NCBI RefSeq assembly: GCF_018977255.1
Contig: NW_024704743.1
Coordinates: 25,174,001-25,238,000 of the forward strand
Direction of reading: 5' to 3'
From: Callorhinchus milii
Taxonomy: Eukaryota
Length of the DNA: 64,000 nucleotides
The first letter of the stretch is position 1. Each line of letters starts with the position of its first letter. Below are positions 11,549-25,699 of this stretch, piece after piece. The notes under the pieces are model-generated. The model saw nothing but the letters and a program-made list of their open reading frames with translations. It had not been told where the DNA came from and made no database searches. The position numbers were made by a program, and so were the translations under genes.

Positions 11549-13529
11549 CAGTTTGGTATCCATTGTTGAAATCAAGCGTAATGTTCAACACAGATTTGAT
11601 ATAGATCTTATCAGTATCTCTGGACACCCCCTGCTTCACTAGTGTGAATTGCCCCACACCTACCACCACTACCGTTGCTACGTTTGCTGTATGTTGCAGA
11701 ACTGTTTCATAAGATCAAAAGAAAGATTTGGGTGAAAAAGAAGTCCCTTTGGCCCATTTGATCATACCTCATCCATTACAATACCAAATTATTTTTGCAT
11801 GGGTCAAGTATCCTTGTCTCAAGCACCTTTCTTGGTAACCCGGTTCCAGTTATCTTACGTAAAATCTTGTTGTTTTTAGGTAGCTGTCTGATTTAGTGCC
11901 GGAGGCTTTCCCAATGGCTGGGGGAAAATGTCTGCACAAATCAGAAGTAATAACAGCATGTTTTTTCCTGGACTGGATACAGGTAACGGTGCTTCAGCTA
12001 CTCTGTTGTTTGGTGTTTACGTGATAAGGCTCTATATCAAATACAAGGATTATTATTATATAGTTTTATTTAGTTTTTTCTGCTGATACCGGTAAAGAGG
12101 CTGAGGTGTTCATGGTTTACGTTGGGGCAGAAAGGCAACTGATCTGGTGCAAGCTGTTCATTCCGCATCATTCTGGGATGATTTTCACCTCTGAGGTGGA
12201 AGGACAGCGAGGGGTTGAAGCCATTGTGTCATCCCTAATGTTTGTGTTATTTCCACAATCCAATCAATTCTGATGTATACTGATCATGGTGGGAGGTTTT
12301 GTGAGGTGAAACAGCCTTGCATTGCCCTAAAGCAGATCTGTTCATATGGGACAAAACAGCATTGTATTTAGTAATACTCTTTGTGTGTGTGTCTGTTTAA
12401 AGTCCCTGTAATGTAAAGTATCTTCTCTCCAAGTAATCTCGGAGACTTTGTTTCTTGCGAGAAGCCATGCAGGGTTTGCTGGAGGTGACAGGTTTTATGT
12501 CACAGGTTCTTTGTGTGAGAGCCACACACAGGTAGCCCGGACAGAGTGTTTTGCAGACGCCAGTGACAAGCTTTGGACACGTGTTGTGTTAAACTAGATA
12601 AAAGGATGCTTAAACAGACACCAAATAATAGACCACACCCAGTGTTTGCCCTTGGGATTTTATATGAAGAGGATTTAGTTATTGCTTTGGTATTGCAGGT
12701 AATAATGTCAGGACACAGGATTCCATCAGTGATAGGTTTACACAACAAAGCAATTGCCTAAAAGCTTTAACAGACTCATCCCTGTTACTAATTTGATAAT
12801 CCCTTAACTAAGCTTTAAAGAACTGCAACATCACAGAGAAAGATCAGCTCAGAGTTGGTTTAAAAAGCATTAAAATAGTCTCAATGGAGGCAGAATAACC
12901 GATAATGTCTTTTTAAAATGTGAATCCGACTTAGTTTTGTGCTGTAGTGGGAGAATGGAGCAATGGAGAGTGATTTTATGTGTGTCAGCCATTCTTAGTT
13001 CAGCACAAAGCACACTCAAAACTGGTTAGAAAATAGGATCGTCAGGATTCAACGCCTATCAGCCGAAAGATGGTGTTAACACACAGCAGTAGCTTCATTC
13101 CTAGAGCGAGCTGACTGGCACAGCTTAAGTAATAATTCTGTCACAGTCTGCTGATGGTCACATATAATGCTGATACATGTTCTCTGCTGGGATATAGGAC
13201 CTTGAGATAATCAGAGTATTCAGTTGAACCCTGGGCTTCAGATAAATTTGGGGTTCAGACTATAGTTTATAATCATATTGACTGCCATAATGGAATATTA
13301 ACATGATGTAGAGAGTTCAATGTCTGCAGCAATTGGGCCGTCCTCAATGTGGAAAATAAAACACCGCAGATATGAGGTGTGTTTGTGTGAAGGAGAGCGA
13401 TGTGTTCCTCCACCTTGCACTGTTCTGTTAAACAAGAACCTGGTCACCAGGTATGCAACTAAAACGTTTTTTGATTGCATCAAAGCACAAATATGATTAA
13501 TTGGCATGTGGTTAAGCAGTGTTCTTATG

Positions 13530-13760
13530 TTCCATCGCAGAGTCCCTCCCCCCTCATCCCCTCTTTCCTCACCTTTAAAGCCTGACTTAAGACCTATCTT
13601 TTTGACAGCGTTTTGGTTTCCTTCTGATCCATCCCCATCCTCTTCAGCTCTTTTTCTCCCTCCCCCCAGCTTGGACTCCCAGTCAACTGTATGAATAGCT
13701 TTGTGACATCCTCCTGATGGAAAGGGTACTGTATTACTGTAAATAGTTGTTCTATTGTAA
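13530..13760 (+). mobile_element. L2 LINE 3' fragment
   Basis: FKA*LKTYLF-like end followed by agctttgtgacatcctcctgatggaaagg...ttgtt tail. Confidence 0.65.
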
Positions 13761-14777
13761 CACAATTTTTAACCAAAGTTTAAGTTGATCTGAGCAACTG
13801 ATATGGTGGCACACTAATGTGTTTCTAGCAGCTCTACTTTGACAGATTGGTCAATAACTATCAATACAAGCCACTGGCAAATGGTATAAAGTAACCTTTG
13901 TTAAAACGAATGTAAAAGTTCAGACTTCAGTGGTTATGTACACTGCCTCTGCTGAGCTGTGCAGCGAATTGATAGAGTGACCTTTATCCTGCTGTGCAAT
14001 ATATCAGTGGGAGCAGCCAGCTAGTTCATGCAACAAGTAGGATAGGGTCTCTCACACGCTACTCCAACTTGTACCACCTGACATTCTTTATTTTGCACAA
14101 GGGTAGATTGCACTGGTAACACGGCCTCACCGGCCAGTCGTACAAATAAAAGCTTTGGCTGAAGCCTGATTGGAAAATATGTATATTCCATTTATGTAAT
14201 GGATCAGCTCTCGCACGCCCTTAAACAACAACAACAACAACGACAAGATTACATTTCTATAGCACTTTTCACGTCGGGAAGACATCCCAACAACGTTTCA
14301 GGGCACAAGTGGAAAATTATCAGAGAATTAAATTGAGATTGGATTGTCTGTTGCGGAGTCAAACACTAGCACAGACTTGATGGGCAGAATAGCATGTTTT
14401 TGTCCTGTAACATTTTATGATTCTATATGGGTTTAAGAGACATCATTGTTTACATAAATATAATGATTTTCCCACAAAATGATATGCAGTCACTGAGCTC
14501 CCACCTGTGAGTGATCCCAATATAGGCTGAGAATTCCTTGCTTGCACTGTAAAGACATTTATTGGCAAATAGATGTGATTTATTTTTATGGCCATGCTAC
14601 AGTTTTTTAAGCAAGAATAACAACTTGAATTTGTATAGCGCCCCTCATGCAGGTTAGCGTCCCAGAGCGCTTTGCCAGTGATTTCCGGGGGTCACCTGGC
14701 TCACTCGTGAACACACTCGCCCAGTGTGAGCATTAAGGCACTTCCAGGTCAAGTCCAGCATGGAATGTAAACTCTTA

Positions 14778-15275
14778 AATAATAATTACCCTTGCATTTG
14801 GTGTAGATGTCTCAAAGCACTTCACCAGCTTTACTGTAGGTGTATTGACTGTGGTTTTTTGTAGGCAAATCAGTAACCAATTTGCACACAGCGATGTCCA
14901 ACAACAGCCATAAAATGAATGACCAATTTTACTTGGGACATTGTTGGTCAAGAAATGCCCTTCTCTTTTTAATTAGTACCATGGGATTTTTAATGTCTAC
15001 TTGACCAGGCTGACGAGATCTCATTCTAACATCTAATCTGAAGGATGGCACCTCCAACAATACAGCACACTTGGGATACTGTATTGGGGTGTCAGGTTAG
15101 ACTACGAGTTCAAAGTCTTGAGGTGGCACTTGACCCTACAATATAGATTTACATAGATTCTACAGCACAGAAATGGGCTATTCAGCCCAACTTGTCTCGG
15201 ACAGTGTTTATATATGAGTCACTACCCACTCCTCCCATACCTTTCTCAGTACAACCAACTGAGCCAGGCTGACAC
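14778..15275 (-). mobile_element. Deu-domain SINE with a CR1 3' end (~15142-15240) inserted in its head
   Basis: The Deu core is on the reverse strand. The head is split by tagattctacagcacagaaatgggctattcagccc (CR1 tail) and resumes at caactgagccaggctgacac. Confidence 0.7.
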
Positions 15276-16899
15276 CTCTTCTACTCCACATAAGACCATT
15301 CCTCAATGCCAATCTGCCTGTAAATCAGTGAAATTTCCATTTCCAACCAAGGACAAGGTGGTAAATTATGGATATATTTGTGGTCTGGATTCAAAAGCCA
15401 TTCAGGAACTAATTTCAGACCAATTGGAAAGAAGAGACCCCCCATCATATGGTTATCACTGGATCCATCCCAGCTCTCAATCTTCTCCAAATAAAAATAG
15501 CGACTCCGCAGAGAGCAACAATTGTGCATTTGATATAACTTTTTGTAAGATTGAACAATAAAATAGGACTGCTAATCAATCTGTTCTGTGTTAATTGCAT
15601 GTTCTGATACTGACAAATTATATTGGCACACCTTATGACACCTTATGTATAAATTCGCATTATTGAAATGGCAAATGACAGAAGTGATTTTTGTATCCAT
15701 AGTTTTCATATTTCATGGTTTATAGTAGCTTTGTTCAATGCAAAAAATCTGAATGTACAAACTTTAAGGTTGTGCTAACTTCAAATGAAATTGTATTAAA
15801 ATTGATACTCCTCATCTTGGTCTTGGGGCAAAATGCTCTCTTTGAGCCTTTTCGCAAATCTGTCGCAAACTATGATATATGATGCATTTCATTATTTTGT
15901 TTGGTACTTTTCTCTGGAGCGCCACAGTGCAGCTTTTGAGAAAAAATGACAAATATTGTAAATGATTCAATTTTCTAGGAATTTTCCTGGGAACCTGGCT
16001 TTCCAGTCTGATTTACAGTTTCCATTATATATTGTTTTCTTCAACCCTTCCCCCATTCCTAGTAACCAGGGACATTTTTTTGAATTTGTTTGGTTTAAAG
16101 CATTTGAGCACAGAAAGCAACAATCACTATCAGGAAAAATCAAAATGAATCGACTCAGTAAATCTAATGTAAGTGCTTAAATGTGGGTCAAAAGCAGCCA
16201 TAAGCACATATGAGATATGAAATCTCATATTTTATTTCTTTTTGGGAATAATTTTGAAAGATGTAAATGGGTAATAAGGAATTCTATCCACTTATCACTT
16301 TAGTTTTGATGCGGAAGTTGGCTCATTAGAATTATTAATCTGTCATTTATCTTCTGCCACTAGTCTTAACTCAGCTGCAGACTCCACGTCAGAGCTAGAG
16401 AAACCCATTGAATAGTAGAACGCTCACCAAAAAAATAGATTTAGATTTTAAACCTGCAGACTTTATGCCAGACCAGGGAGTAAACCGCTTATTAGAGACT
16501 GCGATTCCCTGGTTTCATGTGGGTGCTTCCTGGCATTTTTACCATGGACTTTGCTGGCTGTCGGGAAACTTGCAAGTGGAATCAGAAGTTACAATTCATA
16601 CGAGGCATCTAGTTTGCGAATATGTTTGATCAGCCCCCATTGGCACTTTTAGTGCAGAAAATTTAATTGCTGCCATGTGGCCTTGAGCTGCTTGTTACTA
16701 AATCATTGCTCAGATATTAAAATGTTTCCCGCGTTGTGCTGTTGAATTTCATTGCGTCGTTTATTATTATTATTCAAATCATCCCGCAGTCCCTCCGCCG
16801 TGCCACCTTCAAGACCTACCTCAAGACCCTCCTCTTCAACCGTACTTTCGATCTCCCTGCTTCCCCCCCCACCCCTCACTTCTCCTCCCACGTGGGTGG

Positions 16900-17320
16900 G
16901 AGGTTATAAATTATAAAGGTTATAAATTCAAGTCCCACGTGGTCACTTTGGGTTCATAGACTAGGGATTAGGCTAACACCAGGCAGTGCTGGGAAGTGCT
17001 ACATTGTTGAAGGTGCCATCCTTCAGATGAAATGTTAAAATGAGGTCCAGTTTGCTTGTTCAAGAGGACGTTAAAGGTCCCATGGCACTTTCTGAAAAAG
17101 AGCTTCTCCTGCTGCCCTGATCAAAAATCTCTAGATAAAATTGGTCACTGATAGTTTCTGACTATTTGGATATTGCTGGTGTACAAATTGGCTTCTTTGT
17201 TTACAATTTACAAAATTACACAATCGCTTCACTCCACAATAAGTCCTGTGAAGCGCTTTGAGATGCTTTGACGACTTGATAAGGCGCTACATCAAATGCA
17301 AGGGTTATTGTTATTATTAT
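16900..17320 (+). mobile_element. Deu-domain SINE
   Basis: ttcaagtcccac...aggtgccatccttcagatgaaatgttaaaatgaggtcc...cccatggcact, then the shared tail ending in attattatt. Confidence 0.75.
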
Positions 17321-19212
17321 CTAAGATGATATTTGCAGCAGTGATATCCTTTAAGGCAATTTCTATCATTAAATAATTTTAGAGACTATTACTATTAACA
17401 GTTACTATCTTTGTATACAAATGTAATTTTGTTGTTGTTTGTAGTAGCTTAGCACTGCTCAAATGGGAGAGCAAGAGATGGGGCATTTTCTACGAGTCGG
17501 TTCCCCATGTGGAAGTAAACACAGGGCTACAATACCAGGTGTCTTTGAGTCGTTGTCCTGATGTGAGCAGCGCAATACCAAATGCAAGGATTGATTTTTT
17601 AAATTTGTCTGCAGCTTGTGTGGAGGAGCTAAAGAGTGTGGTGAGCAGGGCATTGGAGTAATCCAGCATTGAGGTGATGAAGGCATAGTTTAGGGGGTGG
17701 AGGGGGGTGCGGTGAGAGTATTCAGAGTGATAGTATAACTCCTTATGGAAGAAATGTATGGTTAAAACTGCAGCCAACGTATTTTGAGTAATGACCAATA
17801 TCTGATTTTTGATAATTTTAGTTTTTAGTTGTCAATCAATTGGCAGATCGCTTTTACAAGGGGTAGAGAAACAATTGAATTGAACAATAACTTTGAATCT
17901 CTTCAAAATAAAATTGATAATAATTTGGTCACGCAAACCAAGACTGCTTGTGGGACACTGCTGTAGGCAATTGGCTGCTGCATTTCACCCACAAAATAAA
18001 CAGTCAATTCACTTTAGGGTATACTCTGTGAAGCGCTTTGAGACGGAGATGTTATAAGGCACTATATCGAATGCAAGTATTGTAATTACATTATTATCGT
18101 TATTATTATCATCTACACTAGATAGCTAGCCCCAGTTAGAGCAGAGAATTGTTTCTCTACTATACTAATACTGAGGATAGTAGTATTAGCTATCGCTGTT
18201 TGCTGCTAATAGCACCGATTTAATTTTCAGTATATTTTTTAAACAGTAAAGTATTGTAGGCCAGGGCTTGAAAAAAAATGCATGCACAGAAAATGGAATT
18301 GCTTCCTTTATCAGTAAGAGGCAGTTTAGTTTGAGCAGAATAAATTGAAAAAATAAATTCAGTGATCAGAACGTGTTTGATATGGGTGCCATGCATTTTC
18401 GGTATTTCATATATTCCAGCAAACAGAGATGTGTATCTTGCCCTTACACCCATCACGCTTGCTTGGTTATGCGCCAACACAGTGTTATGAATTCAATTTA
18501 AAGTTCCCTGCTTTCTCTGCAGCCTTTGTCCTTTCTGTGAGTCTATTGCTCCATTTCCTGCTCGTCTCCATTGGCTCCCCATCCCCCCCCAGCGGATTGA
18601 GTTCAAGCCCCGCACTCACTGACTTGCTCCCTCACTCACCTCATTCAAAGTCCGTCTCAAGATCCACCTCTTTGACTGCGCTGTAGGCCATCTGTACCCT
18701 CCCCACCCCTGTTGGATTCCAGCTCTAGTGCCCAGCCAGTACTGCTTAGCACTTCGGAACATCTTCCTGACATGAATGGTGCGCCTAATGTAAATTGCAT
18801 TGTATTGTTTCTCAAAAGATTAAATATATAATTTGTTTTTTAAGCACTCCAATATCCCCAGTCAAGGAGCCATGCATTCATTTAAATGTGTTGATTTAAA
18901 TTGATGTAGAAGCTTTGCAACTACAAGGAGAAGAATGTGCATCCTGAGTGAATAAACTGCTAAATAAAGTTCACGAGTAACACGCTCGACAATGTCAAAC
19001 ATTGCCGGTGTAGTGAACATTGATAGCATTTCAGTTACTGAGGAAACTACTATTGTAATCAACATAATCTGTATGTACAAATCGTCTCATTCTCATACCT
19101 TATGTGCTGCTCCTTTTGGCATAACACATCTTCCCTCCAGTTTTTACAAAGTGAGGGAATCTGTTTGAGTACTGCAGTTTCGCAGGTGCTGATTACTCTC
19201 TGGTACCTGAAG

Positions 19213-19575
19213 ATAAATAATAATATTCTTTGCATTTGGTACAGAGCCTTTCCCATCAGGAGGAAGTCACAAAGTACTTCACTGGATATAGCCCACAAAC
19301 AACCATGAATTGAATGACCATTTTTTATCATTGGCCAAGAGACTGTGAGAAACACCTTTCTCTTTTCCAATAGTGGCATGGGATCTTTAATGTCCACCTG
19401 AACAGGCAGATGGGTTCTCTGCTTAATGTCTCATCCAAAGGGCTGGTAGTCCAGTGTTCCCCCAATACTGCACTGGAGTGGCATGTTAGACTGTTGAAGT
19501 TCAAAGTCCTGATTTGCAGCTTGAGCCTATGATCTGCCACAGAGTCGCGAGGGCAAACAACTGAACCAGGCTGAC
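19213..19575 (-). mobile_element. Deu-domain SINE
   Basis: gtggcatgggatctttaatgtccacctgaacaggcagatggg...tctcatccaaag is the reverse complement of the Deu core. Confidence 0.78.
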
Positions 19576-19864
19576 CAATTGCCCAAATGGTCATTTAATT
19601 CTTCAATTGTGAGCCCAGATGGTAAGTGTTGGATAGTTATTCTACCTGGGATGAAGGGGAGAGCAGGAATTGTCCAAGCCTGATATCTACAGGCACCTTT
19701 TGCAGCTGGGCTGCTACTTGGAGAGTGATCAGAAAAGAAATTGGAGTTGGCTTCAGAGCTGAGCTCGCGTGAGTTGGTATGATGTACGTGGTGTGCCCTG
19801 AGTTGGACTTAGTTTTTGTGAAGTGTCAGAGTTTTCTGATCAAGTGCCATTAGTTCTGCCTGTT

Positions 19865-20290
19865 TCTGGCTCCCCATCCCCCAGAGGATTATTGAGTTCA
19901 AGATCCTCATCCTCACTTTTAAAGTCTTGCTCCACCCTACCTCTGTGACCTTCTAAAACTTTACCAACCTGGTTGCTCCCTCCACTTGGCAGGCACTGCT
20001 TCACGACCCCGCCCTGCCTTCCTCATCATCAGTAGTTGGGCCTTCAGTCTTTCTGCCCACACCCTTTGGAACTCCATCCAGAGACTCACCTTGCTGCTTC
20101 CCTTGCATCCTCCAAGGACCATCTCAAGATCTTCCTCTTTGACTCCACCTTGGTCATCTCCCTAACCCACCCCTTTGTCCCCCACCCCCTCCGAATCCAA
20201 CCCCTAACTCGGCTGCAAACCCTCGACCGTCACCTTGGGACAGACTCACAATGTGAAAGGGGGAATATAAATGCAATTTGTTGTTTTTAA
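19865..20290 (+). mobile_element. L2 LINE 3' fragment
   Basis: WLPIP..EFKILILTFK, LWNSI and LKIFLFD motifs, with a tail aatgcaatttgttgttt. Confidence 0.8.
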
Positions 20291-20494
20291 TTTTGCTCAA
20301 GGAAGTTCCGGTTCAAAGTGTCCAGGAGTTAACTTGTGCGCATACACTATTGACTTCTTTTGAAGCTTGACAACCTTGATTGCAACGGCTTAAACATTAA
20401 AAGCTTATACTGGCAAGTCAGAAAGCATGTGGCTGGCAAGCGAAAGCATGGTGAAGGAGTATTTTCAATATTGCAGCAAGTGGAAATCTCTGTT

Positions 20495-20750
20495 TACTTA
20501 GTAGTAATTAGGAACCCAATTGTTAGACGATTGACAGATCATTTTTCCAAGGATAATAATCCCTCAAAAAAACAATAAGAGTTTGGTCACTCAATCCACG
20601 ACTGTTTGTGGGATGTCGCTGTGGTAATTGGCTGCTGCGTTTCGCCCACAAATATACAATCAATTTACTTTACAGTATATTCTGTGAAGTGCTTTGAGAT
20701 GTGTAGAAGACATAAAAAAGCGCTATATCAAATGTAAGGGTTATTATTAT
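20495..20750 (+). mobile_element. SINE family A, 3' half
   Basis: aggaacccaattgttagacgattg...ttggtcactcaatccacgactgtttgtggg, followed by the shared tail. Confidence 0.8.
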
Positions 20751-21326
20751 GTATTAATTTAGCATTGTCACTGGCTGTGCTCTCTGGCATACTTTCATAA
20801 CATTTTATCGACAAGTTGTCAAGACTTGCGTTTGCAAAGCAAATGTAAAAACAAATAGGGATTGTGTTTAAAGTGTTTCTCATAACATATTCTGCAATGT
20901 TGCAAATTTCACCCCATTATTCTCTGACATAATCAAATATAAATTTTTTCACAAATCCAAGTTTCATACTTTCCATTGAATTTGAAGATTCTGCCTTAAC
21001 CCAACATTGCTGCGACTGAATGCAGAACTTGGTGGAGAGAGGAGCTGGACTGAGAGCTCAGTGTATTGAACGGATGGTTATTGGGTCGGAGAGGCTGTCA
21101 CACAAGGAAAGCTTTGAAACCTGACCAAAGTTTTCCACAGGAGAGCTGTGTGCAGATTGAACAGATCATTGAACAAGGGAACATTATGGGAACGAATGGA
21201 TCATTGCACCAGATGCCTGTGTGTGTGTATGTGGCGGGGGGGGGGGGGGGAGAGGAGTGGAAGGTTCATTGAAGCTGAGGTAATGAAGCAATGAATGCAC
21301 TGTATAATTTACTGTACCTGTAGCTG

Positions 21327-21367
21327 AACCAATAATCCTTAACTCTTACAGTTAAGGATTATTGGTT
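21327..21367. repeat. Perfect 18-bp inverted repeat with a 5-nt loop
   Basis: AACCAATAATCCTTAACT-cttac-AGTTAAGGATTATTGGTT. Confidence 0.95.
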
Positions 21368-21440
21368 ATCCTAACTCACTACCCATGTATGGGAAGGTTA
21401 AGAGCTGTAATATAAATCAATACAGAGGAACCCCCTAATA

Positions 21441-21645
21441 AAGGGTGAATCAAAAGTCCTTACTGATGTAGCTCTATATGAGATGTTCAAACTGCTTGCC
21501 TTGTAGACGTATCAACTATATCAACTCAGTGACAAAAACTTTCACAAATGTGATGAAAGACATCTCCTGTAATTGCTGCACACTCGTAAGAAATAAAAAA
21601 CACATAATTAAAATCTCTATGAGTAAGGACTTCTGATTCACCCTG
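21441..21645. mobile_element. Tc1/mariner-type MITE, 205 bp
   Basis: 24-bp TIRs match at 22/24 (aagggtgaatcaaaagtccttact versus reverse complement cagggtgaatcagaagtccttact), with TA on both flanks. Confidence 0.88.
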
Positions 21646-23254
21646 TATATGACATCTTTCAATATGGTACTGTCTACTCATACGGTGGGTAGGTAATGGA
21701 ACCCAACATTTTTGACGTCAAAGCATGAAAAATCCCACTATCATCAACATAGGTTAGATTGTGCATTGTGAGACGAGCGCAGTACAATTCCACAAACTGC
21801 TGAACAGCTTTTTGAGTGTGTTCAAGTTGCGTTGCCAGTGACTTGGGACACCCGGGAAGTGTGATCGGTCCTGCCTGTTTAGTACGCCCGGGTTGGAATT
21901 TCTGGATCCCAACGACCATGTTTTAGCAAGGGTTTTCCTTGTGTAACTAATGTGTAATGGAGGCGACCGTTCTAAACTGAAAGTGTCACATTAGATGCAG
22001 TGCTATAATCACAGTTCTGGCTGAAAGCCTGGATCAAAACTGATCAGCTAGCAATTGTCAACACTGAGTCAGCAAGAGTTGACCTTCACGAGATGGACAA
22101 TTGCTCTTCCTTCCCCTTCTTTGTTTACCCCCCTCCCATCCACTTTGTTGTTTACCCTGCTCCCGTCCGCAGTCCATACAGAATTTTATCTGAGGTGAAA
22201 GCTTGTGATCTTCATTCCATGAATCAGTGCTGGTGATGATGGGGTTTCTTGGAAAGCTACAGAATGGGCATGCAGAATTGTTGTGGCTAGTGCTACATAG
22301 TTGAGGGCAGGTTTGGAGACAGAGCAGTCAGTTCATCAAATCCTTATCCACATTACAGGAGAAATAGAAATCCACTCCTGGAGCTGATTCAGTCCTAACC
22401 TTGTGCCATTTTTGCCCACAATTACATAGTCAATTCACTTTACAATATATTCTGTGCAGCGCTATATTAATTGCAAGGATTCTTCTTGGCGAGTGATTGT
22501 CGACCATATGACCAAAGCATGTGATAAGCTGGATGACATGTCATTAGAGTCATCAAAGGTCCATGGAAACAACGGTGCCAACACTATAGTAAAAAGCAAC
22601 ATAGACATTCACTGTTTAGCTTCAAGACTATTGTGATGAATCGTGTTGTCATGAGGAATATTTTTTCCAGTCAGATGGGGAAAACATATACTTTACAACA
22701 ATATTCTATAATGCTGCTTCTTTGTGAGGCACTTAATTCATCACCACGGCTTGCTGGCACTGCTCTCACTAAAAATGATAGGCATAAGGTAAGCAGCAAG
22801 CAACACTTTATTTGAGTGCTTTCTGCCTCTGAATATTCTCCAGACGCTGTCCAAGATAGCAAAGATTAATTATATAAAAGTACAGGTGTGCATTCTCAGT
22901 TGAAGTGGGCGAAGGACTCGTGAAAGATGGCAATTCTGACAATGCAACATTCTCTCAGTAACTGCACTGGAGTGTCGACTAGGAGCTCAGGGCCCAGTGA
23001 GCAGCTTGAACCCACAAGCTTCTGACTCAGTGTGCCAAGTTCTGTTACTTCCTGAAGCTAGGAATTTCAGGAAGCAGCATTCCTCATCCAATTAATTGCC
23101 TCCCATTTGCCCTCTCTTGTATTTGCCTCTATTTGCCTGTGATCCTACTTACTATTATCACAATGCTTCTGTCACTGACTTCTCCTCCCATTAAAACCTG
23201 CTTTGATCCAACTCTTACTTTCTCTCCTCCCCCACACACACTCATGTTGGCAAT

Positions 23255-24060
23255 GGTTACTTATACCTCCTGGTTCTCTGTGGTTCTGATACCACTCAAC
23301 AACAACAACTTGCATTTGTATAATGCCCGTCACATAGGAGAGCTTCCCAGAACGCTTGACAGTGGTGGAGTATAATGCCGAGCTGGGGAGTTGACTGCAG
23401 CCAAGATCAAAGAGCAAGGTCTTCAGGCATGACCTGAAGATGGGGAAGGAAGGGGCAAGGCGGAGAGATTAAGGGAGAGTGTTACAGAGTTTCAGGATGT
23501 AGTGACTAAAAGCGCGGCCACCAAAGGTGGAATGGGAGGGCACAAGAAGGCCAGTCGAGCAGACAAAACGGGTAGGATTAGGGTGTAAGCAGATTGGAAA
23601 GGTTGGGAGGTGCCAAGGCATGAAGGGATTTAAAGACGTGTCTGAGGATCTTGAAATCGATCCTTTTGGTGACGGGGAGCTAGTGGGGCCTGGCTAGAAC
23701 TGGTGTGATGGAGGTACAGAGCTATTACAGGTGAGTATGCAGGCGACGGAGTTTTGGATCAACTGGATTTTGTGGAGAGTGGAGCTGGGGAGAGACCAGT
23801 GAGCAGGGGATTTGGGTAGTCGAGGAGGGCGGTGAAAAGCGCATAGATGAGTGTTACGCCTGCGTTTTTTGGTAAGGTACGGTTGGAGGCGGACAATGTA
23901 GCAGAGATGGGGGAAAGCGGTCTTGGTCAGGGACCAGATGTGGGGAAAGAATGACGCCTAGGTCCCACACCGGTTCTGAGTGGGTCTGAGGGATAGGCTG
24001 GGGAGGTTGAGGAGGCAGAGCCACAGGCGAGAAGATGTTGACGAGAGTCAAGGCATATGG
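23255..24060 (-). mobile_element. L2 LINE 3' portion
   Basis: caacaacaacaacttgcatttgtataatg tail on the left. The reverse strand has VWDLGVIL, QNSVA and PVLARPH..L motifs of the L2 ORF2 end. Confidence 0.8.
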
Positions 24061-25699
24061 CTTGCATTTTGTCAACACCCAGCCCCTCTTAGGATGTAAC
24101 TCCTATATTTTCAGTGTGCACATTAAACTGGTTTTAGCTCGACTCAGTTGCCTACTCAGTTCCTCTAATTCTTCTCACAAAACCAGGATAGAACAGCAAT
24201 AATTAATATGAGGCATAAACTTGGAAGCACCTCATGATGAGAAGATGAAACACTGAGGAGGCAGAGACAATGTTGCCTACAAGTCATGCTAAGAGAGTAC
24301 CAATGGACTGAAATAACTGGCTTTCTATTTTTGAGGCTACATTCAAACTATTCATCAAAAAAACCTGATAAGGTCTGCTCTATGTAACCGGGCATTGTAA
24401 TAATGCCTTGCGCTGTCTGCATGATTCAATACCTCAAAACGGGGTAAATTGCTGTGTTGAGATTGAGCAATCCGGAAGGAGACTGTGTGGTCCCAACTGC
24501 TATATTAATGGGAAGTTGGTAGGGTGGGTTTTCTGAGGGTTGAGATCGAATGGCCTACCTTTGGCCTTCTTCATCGAAACGTCTCTTGTGCTCATTCTGG
24601 GTGTCTGTGCAGAGGAACATCTCTGGCCACTTCTCCACACTGTAACACTCAGCTGAAATCGAACTGCTGGCCTGCAGCCCAGGCCACCTCTCACACATTC
24701 ATTGATGACGTTTCCAAGAATGCCATAAACTCCCCATGACAACAGAGGCAGATGTGTTGGAAGGGCTGTTTCGTTGCGATTAAGTCGTTGCAAGATGACT
24801 CATCCTGTTTTGAACTTGTTTTTTATAGTGTTGTAAATTTCATAATCCTATTTAATTCAAAACTGTTCTAGTAAAAGGGAATAATAAAAAGCATTGCCTT
24901 CGTTCCTCACAAACCTGAGTTTGAATCTTAATTCTATTGCTATTTACAATTAAGTAAATTTGTTCCCTAGAGTTAAGTCATATGAAAAGGAGACTTGGCT
25001 CAAATGGGAATGGCTTTCCTGAACTGCTCAACAGCATCTCCTGATGAGGATGTTAAACCAAGGTCTCATCTGAAAGATTGCACCTCTAACAACACAACAC
25101 CCCAGCTTTGTATCAGAAGGTCAGCCTTGACTGTGTGAGTTCAAGTCACGATGTGGAGCCTGCTATGTGCTCCTGGACACTACCCCACATGAAGGGTGCT
25201 ATATGAATTCAAGTTATTGTCGTCGTGGTGACAGCTTATTCAGGATTTGTTCAGGACACATGACTGTATTTCTGCCCTTGTAATAATTATCACATCACAT
25301 ATTGCATTATTTTAACCCCCTCTCCCATTATCTTGTCCATCGTTCCCTTTATTATAATACAGATGAGCCGTATTATAACTTGCTCCTCATTGTCAAGGGT
25401 TCTGAGATGCTACCCTGTGAGAAGGGTGCTATATAAATGCAAGTTGTTGTTGTCCAATTCCCAATCAGCGCTATAACACAGCATGATCATTAGTTATTGC
25501 TTCTGCATACACTCTGCATGTGCACAGAAAGATGGCTGGATCCATTGGTGGTCCAAACATGCAGCCTGGACGTAGGGCCAAAGATGTCCAACTTCCAAGT
25601 GATCATATTATCACCATCACTCCCTGTGTATCTGAAGCCTGCAGGAAGTAACATCAGCTTCCCTAGAAGTCAGACCTTTTGGCTTTTTATATAATAATA

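Noticed and set aside
16873..16940. 8-bp hairpin cctcccac/gtgggagg and duplicated aggttataaatt
   Set aside because: Short, and located at an L2/SINE junction; best explained as an insertion scar.
21674..21919. Possible transposase ORF beside the MITE
   Set aside because: It lies outside the TIRs and has no convincing DDD/E or HTH motifs.
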